From positions 1-64,000 of the forward strand of contig SHMW01000012.1 in the NCBI GenBank assembly GCA_008080735.1: 64,000 bases of DNA. The letters run 5' to 3'. Source of the DNA: Promethearchaeota archaeon (GTDB taxonomy: Archaea; Asgardarchaeota; Lokiarchaeia; Sigyniarchaeales; SOKP01). The position numbers were made by a program, and so were the translations under genes. Shown here piece after piece: positions 10,382 to 20,370 of this stretch; the first letter of the stretch is position 1, and each line of letters starts with the position of its first letter. The notes below the pieces were generated by a model that searched no databases, was not told where the DNA came from, and was given only the letters and a program-made list of their open reading frames with translations.

Positions 10382-10768
10382 CTATAATTTGAGGTATCCT
10401 TCAGACGCATTTACATAGACTTCTTTATTATTCGGTATTTTATCTATATCAATTCCTTGAACCATTGGAATGTCTGAAATAATTGCTCCTACTGCTACGA
10501 TTGCCTCTGCTTCAGCATTTATAAGAGCAATAGGTGCTTTTTGATTTTTTTTCAATTGATATATGACATAAGATCCCACTGTAGACCCTTTTCCAAGAGG
10601 AAATACGAATACTTTCCCAGCTATCGATTGTCCATAAAGGGCATTCTGTTTATCTACTATAGTGCCCTTGTCTGGATCAACATCTCCGAGAAAGGATATA
10701 GGGGTAGTACTAACTAGACTTCGTGCTTTTACTTTCCCTGGGACAATGGACTTACCCTTTAATATCAT
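10382..10768 (-). CDS. Phosphomevalonate dehydratase small subunit (AcnX swiveling domain, DUF126)
   Basis: ISFLGDVDP..G, FPLGKGSTVGSY, IVAVGAII..IP; coupled to the DUF521 gene. Confidence 0.9.
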   Translation of the reverse strand: MILKGKSIVPGKVKARSLVSTTPISFLGDVDPDKGTIVDKQNALYGQSIAGKVFVFPLGKGSTVGSYVIYQLKKNQKAPIALINAEAEAIVAVGAIISDIPMVQGIDIDKIPNNKEVYVNASEGYLKL

Positions 10769-11894
10769 TTAAAAGTTCCTCTCTAGGTTTTAATATCGTT
10801 TTTATTTGGGACAATGTTTGCGAATAGTGTGCGGATTTAGTAGAGTCGGTAGCAAGACATTCAATACCTAATTTCTCCACAGGTGCCACAACCATACATG
10901 TATCTGAAAAAATTTTTATATTTGAGGGTACAGCTTTAATCTTTTCTTTGGCTTGTTTTGTCGTACATATCCAAATCTCTTTATTGGTTTTGTTTTTTTG
11001 TATTATTTCTTCAATCTCTTCTAATGAACAATGTGGACATCCAAAACTTATAATATTTGGCCTATCGCAATTTGTTAAATCTTCTTGAATAGAGATCAAT
11101 TCTTCGTGGTCCACGTGAATCCTTTCGGGCTTTTCAATTATACGAAATTCGGGTGTGATATTTTTTATCATGAATAAGGGTATCCCTCCTGATGCAGCAG
11201 CTCCTGCTCCCAGTGATTTAAGTTGGATCTGGTTTGCTTTCTTGATTCCAGAGATGATTGGGATTTTATTTTGTGCGTATTTACCAATATAATACCCCAA
11301 CAATGAGAAATCAAAATCCGTGAGGTCAAAATCTACTTCAAAGAGGATTTCTCCAACTCTATTCCTCTCCAAATGCATTCCATAATTTGGTGTTTTTCCG
11401 ATTAATGCCGCTGAGAGGGCACTTGGACCTCCCTCCCTATTAGTCATGGCTCCTAATATTGAATTTGCAAACACTACCGCAGACGACTCTGACCATGCAA
11501 TATGACTCCCTTTAGCTGGAATCAAACCTGCATGATATGGTGTGCAAGTGCAACTTTTTTGGATACCCATTGAAGTGAGCGCATCGATTATTCGGAGTTG
11601 TTTATTGGCAAAATCTTCAGATATCCCCATCTCTTTCCAATTAATAAGATCCATCCCCGCAGGATTCATCCTAGTTTCTACTACTACCTTTGCGTGGGAC
11701 CAATCTTCTAAAAAGCTCAATCCGGCATCTCCAATTGTCTTGTAAGAAACTCCCGAAACTTGCACTGAATCAATTGGTATTAACTTATCAGCATCAAAAA
11801 TATCTCCCAAAGTAGCTAGAATACGCATCGCTTTGGCCTTTATTGGTCCTAATTCACCATCTAAAATCTTTTCTTCCTGTTTTGTTAGAAACAT
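10752..11894 (-). CDS. Phosphomevalonate dehydratase large subunit (AcnX, DUF521)
   Basis: SGVSYKTIGDAG, SCTCTPY, WSESSAVVFANSILGAMTNREGGP, GCPHCS, DTCMVVAP. Confidence 0.92.
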   Translation of the reverse strand: MFLTKQEEKILDGELGPIKAKAMRILATLGDIFDADKLIPIDSVQVSGVSYKTIGDAGLSFLEDWSHAKVVVETRMNPAGMDLINWKEMGISEDFANKQLRIIDALTSMGIQKSCTCTPYHAGLIPAKGSHIAWSESSAVVFANSILGAMTNREGGPSALSAALIGKTPNYGMHLERNRVGEILFEVDFDLTDFDFSLLGYYIGKYAQNKIPIISGIKKANQIQLKSLGAGAAASGGIPLFMIKNITPEFRIIEKPERIHVDHEELISIQEDLTNCDRPNIISFGCPHCSLEEIEEIIQKNKTNKEIWICTTKQAKEKIKAVPSNIKIFSDTCMVVAPVEKLGIECLATDSTKSAHYSQTLSQIKTILKPREELLNDIKG

Positions 11895-13150
11895 TAAAAA
11901 CCAGCTTTGTTGAACTCTTCATTGTTTATTATCGGTTTGGTCGCATCCATCCCATATTTACATGTAATAGAATCTTCTGAGGAGGGATCTAAAGATGATC
12001 CTTTTGATTTTGGAACAAGAATTAGATCTTTATCTGCTTGAAAACGAGTTGCCACTGCCCATTCCACCTCATCAGGATTGGTTAGATCAATATCCTCATC
12101 AACAATAATCACACGTTTTAAACTAGGATGGGCTGCTAGAGAAGCTAATATAGCATTTTTAGGATCTCCTTCAGTTCTTTTTTCTATCTGAACGACTGCG
12201 TGTAACCAAGAACATCCTCCTTGAGTGAGAACCACATTTCTTACCGTAGGAATGGTATTGGAAACAGCTTTGAAAATCCGTGGTTCTTGTGGGATCCCCA
12301 TTAACATTTTGTGTTCCCTTCCGCCTGGTAAGATTGTTCTGAAGATCGGATTCTCTCTAAAATAGAGTGTATCCGCGATAAGAACTGGTTGTTTTCGAAC
12401 TCTATCTGCAGTTCCCGTTAAATCGATAAAAGGCCCTTCATCCGCTAATTGAGGTGTGATTCTCGCTTCAACTACAAACTCAGATTCGCAAGGTACAAGT
12501 ATTCCATTTGGTAATCTGAACACATCCAGACCATTTAAAAACGAAGAACTCAATTCTAACTCATCCAACTCGGGTGCGGAAAATGCAGAAGCAATTTCTA
12601 TTGCGGGGTGGATTCCGAATACGATGGTGACCTTTAATTCCTTTCCGCCTTTCAAAGCGTATTGATATGCATTATCTAAGTGTCTCTGGGCAACTATTCG
12701 AATTGAAAACCTATTCTGACCAATATACATCATCCGATGAAACGATGCGTTTTGACGTTTCTCATTTGGATAATCCACAATAACGACACTTGAAGTTGTG
12801 TATTTTTTGCCCGAATAGAAATCGATTACAGGTAAAAACTTATCAATTGTATTTTCTGAATCTAATTGAATCTTGTTCTTTAGGAAAGAAGCTGAATCCC
12901 TTATCTCGTATTTTCTAACATTTTCTAATTTTTTTAATATCTTTGGTATAGTATTTTCTTTAGTAGTGTTTAAAGCTAGCGCCACACTCTTTCGATTTGT
13001 AATCAATCCCGCAAGAATCATCGCATCGTATTCTTTAACTTTATAAATTGTTGGTGATTCATTTCGATCTTTAATTAATTTGGCGAGTTGAGTTATTTCA
13101 ATAAGATCTTCAAATTCTGTAATTCCAATTTTTTCCAAGAAACTTCGCAA
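11894..13150 (-). CDS. UbiD-family decarboxylase, probably anhydromevalonate phosphate decarboxylase
   Basis: NASFHR, EGPF.D.TG, EH..LM, K.VIIVDEDID...EVEWAVATR, GSSLDPS, K.GMDATKP; TTG start with upstream GAGGT; in an operon with AcnX and ubiX. Confidence 0.88.
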   Translation of the reverse strand: MRSFLEKIGITEFEDLIEITQLAKLIKDRNESPTIYKVKEYDAMILAGLITNRKSVALALNTTKENTIPKILKKLENVRKYEIRDSASFLKNKIQLDSENTIDKFLPVIDFYSGKKYTTSSVVIVDYPNEKRQNASFHRMMYIGQNRFSIRIVAQRHLDNAYQYALKGGKELKVTIVFGIHPAIEIASAFSAPELDELELSSSFLNGLDVFRLPNGILVPCESEFVVEARITPQLADEGPFIDLTGTADRVRKQPVLIADTLYFRENPIFRTILPGGREHKMLMGIPQEPRIFKAVSNTIPTVRNVVLTQGGCSWLHAVVQIEKRTEGDPKNAILASLAAHPSLKRVIIVDEDIDLTNPDEVEWAVATRFQADKDLILVPKSKGSSLDPSSEDSITCKYGMDATKPIINNEEFNKAGF

Positions 13151-13210
13151 TTGAATCTACCTCTAAAATTTGAGTTATTATAAAATATGTTAACATTCTA
13201 AAAGATTTGA

Positions 13211-13759
13211 CTAAAATTCTCCCCAGCGTTTTATGTTTGAATCTATCCCCACCAGATCTAAAATGCGTCCTACGATATTTTCATTGAGTTCTTCAATAGA
13301 TTTTGGTTTTATATAATAGGAAGGGATGGGAGGCGCAATAATTACCCCTAATTTGGCTAATTTCAGCATATTTTCTAAATGGATTGCATTAAATGGGCTT
13401 TCTCTTACCGCCAAGATAAGTTGCCTTTTTTCTTTTAAGCTAACATCCGCGGCTCTCGTTATTAAAGTGTCTGCGAATCCGTGTGCAATTGCAGATAAAG
13501 TTTTCATCGAACAAGGAATAATTATCATTGATTCAAATTTATAGGATCCACTTGAGGGTGGAGCGGTTAGGTCATTTTCAGAATGACATCTTGTTGCAAG
13601 ATTTTGGATCCTATCTATTGCAAAATCCGTTTCTAGTTCAATCACATCTTTTGCATTTTCCGAAATAATTAAATCCGTTTCAATATTGTGGTTCTTCAAA
13701 GCTTCGAGTAATTTTACCGCGAAATTTACTCCAGAAGCGCCAGTTATAGCTACTATCAT
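13211..13759 (-). CDS. ubiX: Flavin prenyltransferase UbiX
   Basis: VAITGASG, SSGS, PCSMKTL, RAADV.LKEKR, RESP, HLENM. Confidence 0.95.
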   Translation of the reverse strand: MIVAITGASGVNFAVKLLEALKNHNIETDLIISENAKDVIELETDFAIDRIQNLATRCHSENDLTAPPSSGSYKFESMIIIPCSMKTLSAIAHGFADTLITRAADVSLKEKRQLILAVRESPFNAIHLENMLKLAKLGVIIAPPIPSYYIKPKSIEELNENIVGRILDLVGIDSNIKRWGEF

Positions 13760-13972
13760 TTTTAGGGCGTAATTATTAATGAAGAGACTTAGATTTAACT
13801 GATCTAATTGATGCTGATATATTTATTTGTGTGTTATTAAGGAATAAATCTTGAAACTAATAAGAATTAATGCTTTAATTATCAGAAAAGAAAAGTATAA
13901 ATTATTTTGAAAAAAGATATAATAATAGTAAAAGCATAGTTCTATAATTATACAAACTTAGCATGATCAAAA

Positions 13973-14776
13973 ATGAGTGTTGACTGGATAAAGGCAGAAG
14001 AAAACCCAGATAAGTCTCAAAAAGTATCTGGAAGATTTCTATTAGATTTAAGAGCCAAGACTTCAGATTTAGAAAAGCATTTAAGCCGGCTAAAGTCTGA
14101 ATTAGAAGATAAAACTGAAAAATTAGCTGATTCGAAAGAAAAACTCATCAATTCTGAAAAATATTTGGAAGAACTTACACTTAAATTAAAAGATACTAAT
14201 CAAAAAATAAAAGATTTAAAGAAAACCCGAGAAGAATTGAATCAAGAAATCTCCAATTTGGAACACAGGTTAGAAGAAAAAGATGCTATCATAGATCATA
14301 TGGAGGAGAAAATGAAAGAATCTTCTGAGAAGGTTATAAAATTAAATAACATAATCAATGAAAAAGAAAAACTTTTGAAGGATAAAGACAACCTCGTACA
14401 AGAAAGAGAGAATACAATAAATGAAAAAGATAGATTAATCGGAAATCAAACCTCAAAGATCACCGATCTTCAATCAAAAATAGAGAACTTAAACTCTCAA
14501 TTGCAATCTAAAGAAGAACAAATTAACAAATTCCACCAAAATATTGAAAAACTGAAAGAGGAGGAGGAAAAAATAAAAAATAGCTACGAAGAGAAGCTTT
14601 CCTCCAAGCAAGAACAAATCGATGATTTGAAAATGGATATTAAAACAATCAATGACACGATTGAAGAAGCCCAAGAAATTCAATCCCTTATGAAGAAAAT
14701 GTCAGAAGTGATGGAGCTTAAAGGTTTTATCAACGAAAAAGAATTGGAAGAAATAAAAGCAGGGAAGCAAATTTAA
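13973..14776 (+). CDS. Coiled-coil protein (longer paralog of 9846..10358)
   Basis: Same head and tail motifs as 9846..10358; rod about 100 aa longer. Confidence 0.8.
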   Translation: MSVDWIKAEENPDKSQKVSGRFLLDLRAKTSDLEKHLSRLKSELEDKTEKLADSKEKLINSEKYLEELTLKLKDTNQKIKDLKKTREELNQEISNLEHRLEEKDAIIDHMEEKMKESSEKVIKLNNIINEKEKLLKDKDNLVQERENTINEKDRLIGNQTSKITDLQSKIENLNSQLQSKEEQINKFHQNIEKLKEEEEKIKNSYEEKLSSKQEQIDDLKMDIKTINDTIEEAQEIQSLMKKMSEVMELKGFINEKELEEIKAGKQI

Positions 14777-14945
14777 ATGCGCTTATAGGTTTCTTAACCG
14801 TTTACGATAAATTATTCATAGCGCTATTTTATTTTCCATCATTCTTCTTTTGAAAAAAATTATTATAATATGAATAATTAGAAATCCTATCATTAAATTA
14901 AATTTAAGCTCACTTTCCCATTATTAGGCAATTTAGGTTTTTATA

Positions 14946-16067
14946 GTGAATACTCTACCACTCATGTTTAAAAAATTGGGGGAAAATGAACGTGTTTTAG
15001 GATGTTTTCCTCTCTATCCCCCCTTGGAATTACTGGATTCAATGAACTTCACACCCTTTATTATGTGGGGATTTAAAAATCTGTTTTCAAATACCCATCA
15101 GAGTGACAAACATATTCAGAATTACGTATGTTCTATTGTCAGGTATCTCACAGAATTTTCCATCTCCGAATATGGGTCTATCCTAAAAGGTCTGCTTTTT
15201 TATAATGCTTGCGACAGTTTGAGAAATTTACCCGAAATATTAACTACCGCCCTCAGAGGAAAGAATCAAACTATTCCATCTATTCATTTTCATCTTCCAA
15301 TGAAATCTATGGAAAAATCTTATGTTCATAATTTTCTTATAAATGAAATAAATCTTCTTATTCAAGATCTTGAGAAGCTTTTTCAAACTACATTCAATTT
15401 TGAACAATTTCGAAAAAGCGTGAATAACTATAGAAAATATCGACAATTGTCTAAGCAATTAGAAGATGCAGTCATACAAAATAAGAAATCTTATGAAGAT
15501 TATGTGAAGACAATGTTTCAGTCGAATTATCTAAATATTCATGAGAAAATAAAATTAGTAAATTCCTCTCTCAAGAAAATCTCCGAAAAATCAACTTTAG
15601 AGAAGAATTCAAATATGAACAAGGTAATTTTATCGGGAATCTTCCCTCCTCCTCTAAAAGTGATTAAGCTTATTGAAAATTCTGGATTTCAAATAGTGGG
15701 TAACGATATTGCCTCGCTTAGGCGAAGTGTTCATTATACCCCACCCGAAAATTCATATCAGAATGTAGGAGAGTATTATGTTGAGTTTTATCAAAACCAT
15801 TTTCCATGTCCGACCCTACTTTATACCTCAGATAGGCGAATACCAAAATTTCTGGAATTGATTGATTTTACCGATGCTGATGGGGTGATTTTTATTGGGG
15901 AAAAGTTTTGCGAATATGAATATTTCGAATTCCCAACACTGAAGAATGCTTTAAATAAAAATGGAATAAAAACACTGGAATTGGAGTTTTCAGCAGAAGA
16001 AACCTATAATATAGAGGCTTATAAAACCAGAATCGAAGCCTTTTATGAATTAATTTCAAATATATAA
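14946..16067 (+). CDS. 2-hydroxyacyl-CoA dehydratase / benzoyl-CoA reductase subunit C-like (HGD-D family)
   Basis: YPPLEL, YVCS, NACD, PCP, DGVIF..KFCE, TRIEAFYE. Confidence 0.85.
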   Translation: MNTLPLMFKKLGENERVLGCFPLYPPLELLDSMNFTPFIMWGFKNLFSNTHQSDKHIQNYVCSIVRYLTEFSISEYGSILKGLLFYNACDSLRNLPEILTTALRGKNQTIPSIHFHLPMKSMEKSYVHNFLINEINLLIQDLEKLFQTTFNFEQFRKSVNNYRKYRQLSKQLEDAVIQNKKSYEDYVKTMFQSNYLNIHEKIKLVNSSLKKISEKSTLEKNSNMNKVILSGIFPPPLKVIKLIENSGFQIVGNDIASLRRSVHYTPPENSYQNVGEYYVEFYQNHFPCPTLLYTSDRRIPKFLELIDFTDADGVIFIGEKFCEYEYFEFPTLKNALNKNGIKTLELEFSAEETYNIEAYKTRIEAFYELISNI

Positions 16068-16085
16068 TCTGGAAGGAAGAAAAAA

Positions 16086-17351
16086 ATGTCAAAATCACGA
16101 AGATTAGAAAAGTCTGCGAAAAATCTCACGAAGATGATGGGGATGTATTACACATACAATAAAATTCAAGCGAAAAAAGGTAAATTTGTCGTCTGGATCG
16201 CGATTGTAGTCCCTGTTGAATTATTAAAAGGATTTGATGATCTCATCATCGCCGTCCCAGAAAATCATTCCGCCATGTGTGCGGCTAAAAAATTAGGTCC
16301 TACTCTTGCTGAAACTGCCGAAAGTAAAGGATTTTCGATGGATTTATGCTCCTACGCACGAATAGATATGGGTTCCATGTTTGGTGATGGAGAAAACTCT
16401 CCTATTGGGGGACTACCTAAACCAGATTTACTAATTTCAAATACTAATAACTGTTCTTTGCTGGTAAAATGGTTTGATGTGTACCATCGTGAATATGATA
16501 TTCCCCACTTTATCTTGGATATTCCCTTCTGTTATGAGGAGCAAAAAGAAAAAGATTTGGAATATATTGTAAGGCAATATAGGGAATTAATCGATTTTAT
16601 TGAAGATTTATCTGGAAAAGAATTCAGTATTGAAAAAGTAAAGGAAGCAATTAAATACTCAAATCAAGCGATGAAGCACTGGAAGAGATTTCTCGGATAT
16701 GCGGCACATCACCCATCGGGAATTTCTGCCTTCGATTCTTTTGTGCATATGGCCCCGTACTTAAGTTCTCATCGAGGTACCCCCTTAATTGTAGAACATT
16801 TTAAAATGCTTGCAGATGAGACCCAAGCCTTAATGGAAGAAGGAGAATATCCAGTCAAAAATGAAAAATATAGATTATTATGGGATAACATCGCTCCTTG
16901 GCATCAATTACGACCTATGTCTTCAAAACTTGCAAAAATCGATGCAAATATTATTTATGCGACATACACTTCTTGCATGGGAACTGTAGAAGGCGAGATT
17001 GAACGGTATTCATTAGATCCGAACAAACCATTGAGATCTTTAGCACGAATCCAGAACTCTACAGTCTGTCCTTATGGACTTGAATTACGATTTAACGCTA
17101 TGTCAGAGATGATAGAATGGTTTGATATCGATGGTGTGGTATTCACGAGCAATTTCAGTTGTAAACCTTATTCGGTTATGCAATTAGATCTAATGAGGAA
17201 GATACAAGAATCCTATCCTAAAGTCCCTTGCGTAATGATCAATGTGGATCACGCAGATGTAAGAAAATATAATGAAGAGAAGGTTTTTCTGAAAATAGAG
17301 ACTCTTATAGAGGAAATCGAATCCATAAGAGAAAAAAGTATTGAGAGCTGA
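16086..17351 (+). CDS. 2-hydroxyacyl-CoA dehydratase / benzoyl-CoA reductase subunit B-like (HGD-D family)
   Basis: PENH, GFSMDLCSYAR, LPKPD, NNC...KW, DGVVF...SCKP. Confidence 0.88.
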   Translation: MSKSRRLEKSAKNLTKMMGMYYTYNKIQAKKGKFVVWIAIVVPVELLKGFDDLIIAVPENHSAMCAAKKLGPTLAETAESKGFSMDLCSYARIDMGSMFGDGENSPIGGLPKPDLLISNTNNCSLLVKWFDVYHREYDIPHFILDIPFCYEEQKEKDLEYIVRQYRELIDFIEDLSGKEFSIEKVKEAIKYSNQAMKHWKRFLGYAAHHPSGISAFDSFVHMAPYLSSHRGTPLIVEHFKMLADETQALMEEGEYPVKNEKYRLLWDNIAPWHQLRPMSSKLAKIDANIIYATYTSCMGTVEGEIERYSLDPNKPLRSLARIQNSTVCPYGLELRFNAMSEMIEWFDIDGVVFTSNFSCKPYSVMQLDLMRKIQESYPKVPCVMINVDHADVRKYNEEKVFLKIETLIEEIESIREKSIES

Positions 17352-17604
17352 TCTTATTCAATTGTGTAGATATAAGAAGATATGACATTGAGTTTACTAT
17401 AAATTCCTCAGTTTTGAAGTAATTGATTAAAATATCCTTAATTATATTCTATTATTATTTTAACCTTTTTTGCTAAATTGGATATTTCAGTCCGTTATTA
17501 TCTGCTTATTTGAGTAAGACAGAAATGAAAATTATAGCTTTAAATAGAAGTATGACAAAATTATCTTATCATACATACAAAAAATATCTCAAAAAAGATC
17601 GATT

Positions 17605-17970
17605 ATGAAATTAAATGTTATAAATACTAAAAATCCAGATGTGATGGTTCTCATCTGGTTATTAGGCGGAGCGATAGGAGCCCTTTCTGGTTCACTTATC
17701 TTGACCACTTTTGGCGATACTTCTACCTACCTAAGATATCTTAGCGATAAAGTAATTACACTACAAACACTTGGGATTATGATATTTATAATTGCATTGA
17801 TTCTACTAATGTCTAATATTGTATCATTTCGAAAAGCAACCGATAGAATCAATAGCAGTGTGAATGTCCAAATATTTATTTTTGCCAGTGTTTTACTCGC
17901 TATTATGCTAATGATAACTAGTCTTATTATAGGTAATGACTATTTAGCAAATCTAAATGTAGTTGACTAA
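17605..17970 (+). CDS. Small 3-TM membrane protein
   Basis: Three hydrophobic segments. Confidence 0.65.
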   Translation: MKLNVINTKNPDVMVLIWLLGGAIGALSGSLILTTFGDTSTYLRYLSDKVITLQTLGIMIFIIALILLMSNIVSFRKATDRINSSVNVQIFIFASVLLAIMLMITSLIIGNDYLANLNVVD

Positions 17971-17989
17971 TTTATTAAGGTGATAATTT

Positions 17990-18346
17990 ATGAATATAAA
18001 AAACTTAGAAATACAACCCCACAGATTGGATGCCATCCTCGGAGTATTCTTTTTAGGAGTTTCCTTTATGATGTCTCTTACAAATATTTTGATAAGAGCC
18101 ATTAACAATTCTATTATGATTGAAAAGATGGAGCCATTAGTCTATAGTAATTTGGGAATATTCATTCTAGGGCTCTTATTGATTCTAGTGAATATTATTT
18201 TAGTGTGGAAAGCAAAATACTCTAAAACAGAAAATGGAAAAGGAGATAATATAGTCTACAGTTTAATTTTATTCTCCATACTTCTCTTCATAATAAATAT
18301 AATTCTGTTTATGACTCCAAATCCATTAATTGGTTTAATAAATTAA
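17990..18346 (+). CDS. Small 3-TM membrane protein, probable paralog of the upstream gene
   Basis: Same size and topology; shared LGI.I..L.L...NI segment; AGGTGA SD upstream. Confidence 0.65.
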   Translation: MNIKNLEIQPHRLDAILGVFFLGVSFMMSLTNILIRAINNSIMIEKMEPLVYSNLGIFILGLLLILVNIILVWKAKYSKTENGKGDNIVYSLILFSILLFIINIILFMTPNPLIGLIN

Positions 18347-18580
18347 TTTCCAATTTAAGAAACATACATTTTTTATTTTTATTTTTTTAAATTCTCCCTG
18401 TTAGATCTTCTTATAATTTGGATTATAAATCTAAAAATATCTAAATAGATATCAGCGTAACCCAATTGAGATTCCTTTAATCTTAAGTGTAATTAGAGAG
18501 CTTTCATGTAATTTAACCGTAAAACTGAAATAATTAGAAAAGATTAATTGTAAATATAAAAATTTATGGAAAGTTAAATA

Positions 18581-18850
18581 ATGAAAGCAATTGTATCTGT
18601 TATAGGAATGGATAAACCAGGAATCGTCGCAACGGTTTCTCAAATACTAGCAGATCATAAAGTGAATATCACTGATATATCTCAATCATATGCTCAAGAA
18701 TTTTTTACAATGATCATGGTCGTCGATTTTGAGCGGACTGATTCAACAATAAAACAAGTAAATGAGGATTTAAAAAAAGCCGGTGAAGAGATTGGCGTAT
18801 TTATATCAATTCAGCATGAAGATATATTTCGAGCAATGCATAGAATATAA
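18581..18850 (+). CDS. ACT domain protein (UPF0237)
   Basis: VSVIGMDKPGIVA, NITDISQ, FFTMIM, QHEDIF.AMHRI. Confidence 0.92.
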   Translation: MKAIVSVIGMDKPGIVATVSQILADHKVNITDISQSYAQEFFTMIMVVDFERTDSTIKQVNEDLKKAGEEIGVFISIQHEDIFRAMHRI

Positions 18851-18888
18851 CTACTAAATTTTAGTAATTATTAAAAAGGAAAAATAAA

Positions 18889-20346
18889 ATGTCATTTACT
18901 CCAGAAGAAGTATTAGAAACTAAAAGAATGATTCAAGAGCAAGGACTAGATGTTAGGACAATTACAATGGGTATAAATTTATTAGACTGTATCGATCCAA
19001 ATCTGGACAATATGTTGGAAAAAATTGAACGTAAAATTCTTTCTATGGCTAATAATCTTTCTAAGGTCGCCACTTCAATAGAGGAGGATTTTGGGATTCC
19101 AATAATTAATCGAAGATTGACAGTGACTCCTATATCATTACTCTTGGGTTCTTTGGAAGCAATTCAAGAGCTGCCTTTAGAGGATATCCAAGCATTCAAC
19201 GATCCATTATTTCATAAATATAAGGTCGCAAACCCGAAGATTTCTAACGAAGCAATTAAATCCTGCATTGCTATAGCAAATACCCTTGATCAAGCGGCAA
19301 AAAAGGTGGGTGTTGATTTTTTGGGAGGATTCTCCGCTTTGGTGCATAAAGGATTTACTCGTGCAGATTTATGTTTAATACAGAGTCTTCCAGATGTTCT
19401 CTCATCTACGGAGAGAGTCTGTAGTTCGATCAATGTCGCTGCAACTAGGGCGGGGATGAATATGAACGCTGTGAAAATGATGGGAGAGATAATCCATCAA
19501 ATTGCGATGAATACGAGAGAAAACAATTCTATTGGATGCGCTAAACTTGTCGTATTCGCTAATGCAGTAGAGGATAATCCTTTTATGGCCGGAGGGTTTC
19601 ACGGTGTAGGAGAATCTGAATGTTGTATAAATGTGGGGATTTCTGGCCCTGGAGTAATACGAAATATCGTAAAACATCAAAGAAATTCGGATTTTGAAAC
19701 ACTTGCAGAATCAATTAAGAAGACCGCCTTTAAAATTACTCGAATGGGTCAATTAGTCGCTCAAGAAGCATCTAAACGATTAAATATTCCTTTTGGTATC
19801 GTCGATCTTTCATTGGCACCTACCACAAGACCTTTTGATAGCGTTGCTGGAATTCTGGAAGATATGGGGTTAGAAACAACCGGTGCCCCGGGTTCAACAG
19901 CAGCCTTAGCATTACTAACTGATGCTGTAAAAAAGGGTGGATTAATGGCCTCCTCGTATGTGGGTGGATTATCTGGTGCGTTTATTCCCGTAAGCGAGGA
20001 TAAATTTATGACAGAGGCTGCGCGAAAGAATATTTTAACAATCGAAAAACTTGAGGCAATGACGTCTGTATGCTCCACAGGTTTAGATATGATCTGTATT
20101 CCCGGTTCTACACCTCCAACGACCATCGCAGGAATTATCGCGGATGAGGCAGCGATAGGGATGATGAACCAAAAAACTGTGGGAATAAGATTAATACCTG
20201 TAATTGGGAAGGATATCGGAGAGGAAGTCGCGTTTGGCGGTCTATTAGGGAACTCAATTGTTATGCCGGTTGAGCGAAGCTCATGTGAGATGTTCATAAA
20301 TAGACAAGGAAGGATCCCCGCACCCGTCCATTCTCAAAGAAATTAA
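18889..20346 (+). CDS. UPF0210/DUF711 (PFL-like fold) protein
   Basis: LDVRTITMGI, CAKLVVFANA.EDNPFMAG.FHG, GGLSGAFIPVSED, KLEAMT.VCS.GLDM; canonical partner of UPF0237. Confidence 0.93.
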   Translation: MSFTPEEVLETKRMIQEQGLDVRTITMGINLLDCIDPNLDNMLEKIERKILSMANNLSKVATSIEEDFGIPIINRRLTVTPISLLLGSLEAIQELPLEDIQAFNDPLFHKYKVANPKISNEAIKSCIAIANTLDQAAKKVGVDFLGGFSALVHKGFTRADLCLIQSLPDVLSSTERVCSSINVAATRAGMNMNAVKMMGEIIHQIAMNTRENNSIGCAKLVVFANAVEDNPFMAGGFHGVGESECCINVGISGPGVIRNIVKHQRNSDFETLAESIKKTAFKITRMGQLVAQEASKRLNIPFGIVDLSLAPTTRPFDSVAGILEDMGLETTGAPGSTAALALLTDAVKKGGLMASSYVGGLSGAFIPVSEDKFMTEAARKNILTIEKLEAMTSVCSTGLDMICIPGSTPPTTIAGIIADEAAIGMMNQKTVGIRLIPVIGKDIGEEVAFGGLLGNSIVMPVERSSCEMFINRQGRIPAPVHSQRN

Positions 20347-20370
20347 TATCGCTTCCTTAGGAATTTTATT

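Noticed and set aside
10382-13759. Annotation as aconitase and ubiquinone biosynthesis genes
   Set aside because: Context with mvk, ipk and HMGCS indicates the modified mevalonate pathway instead.
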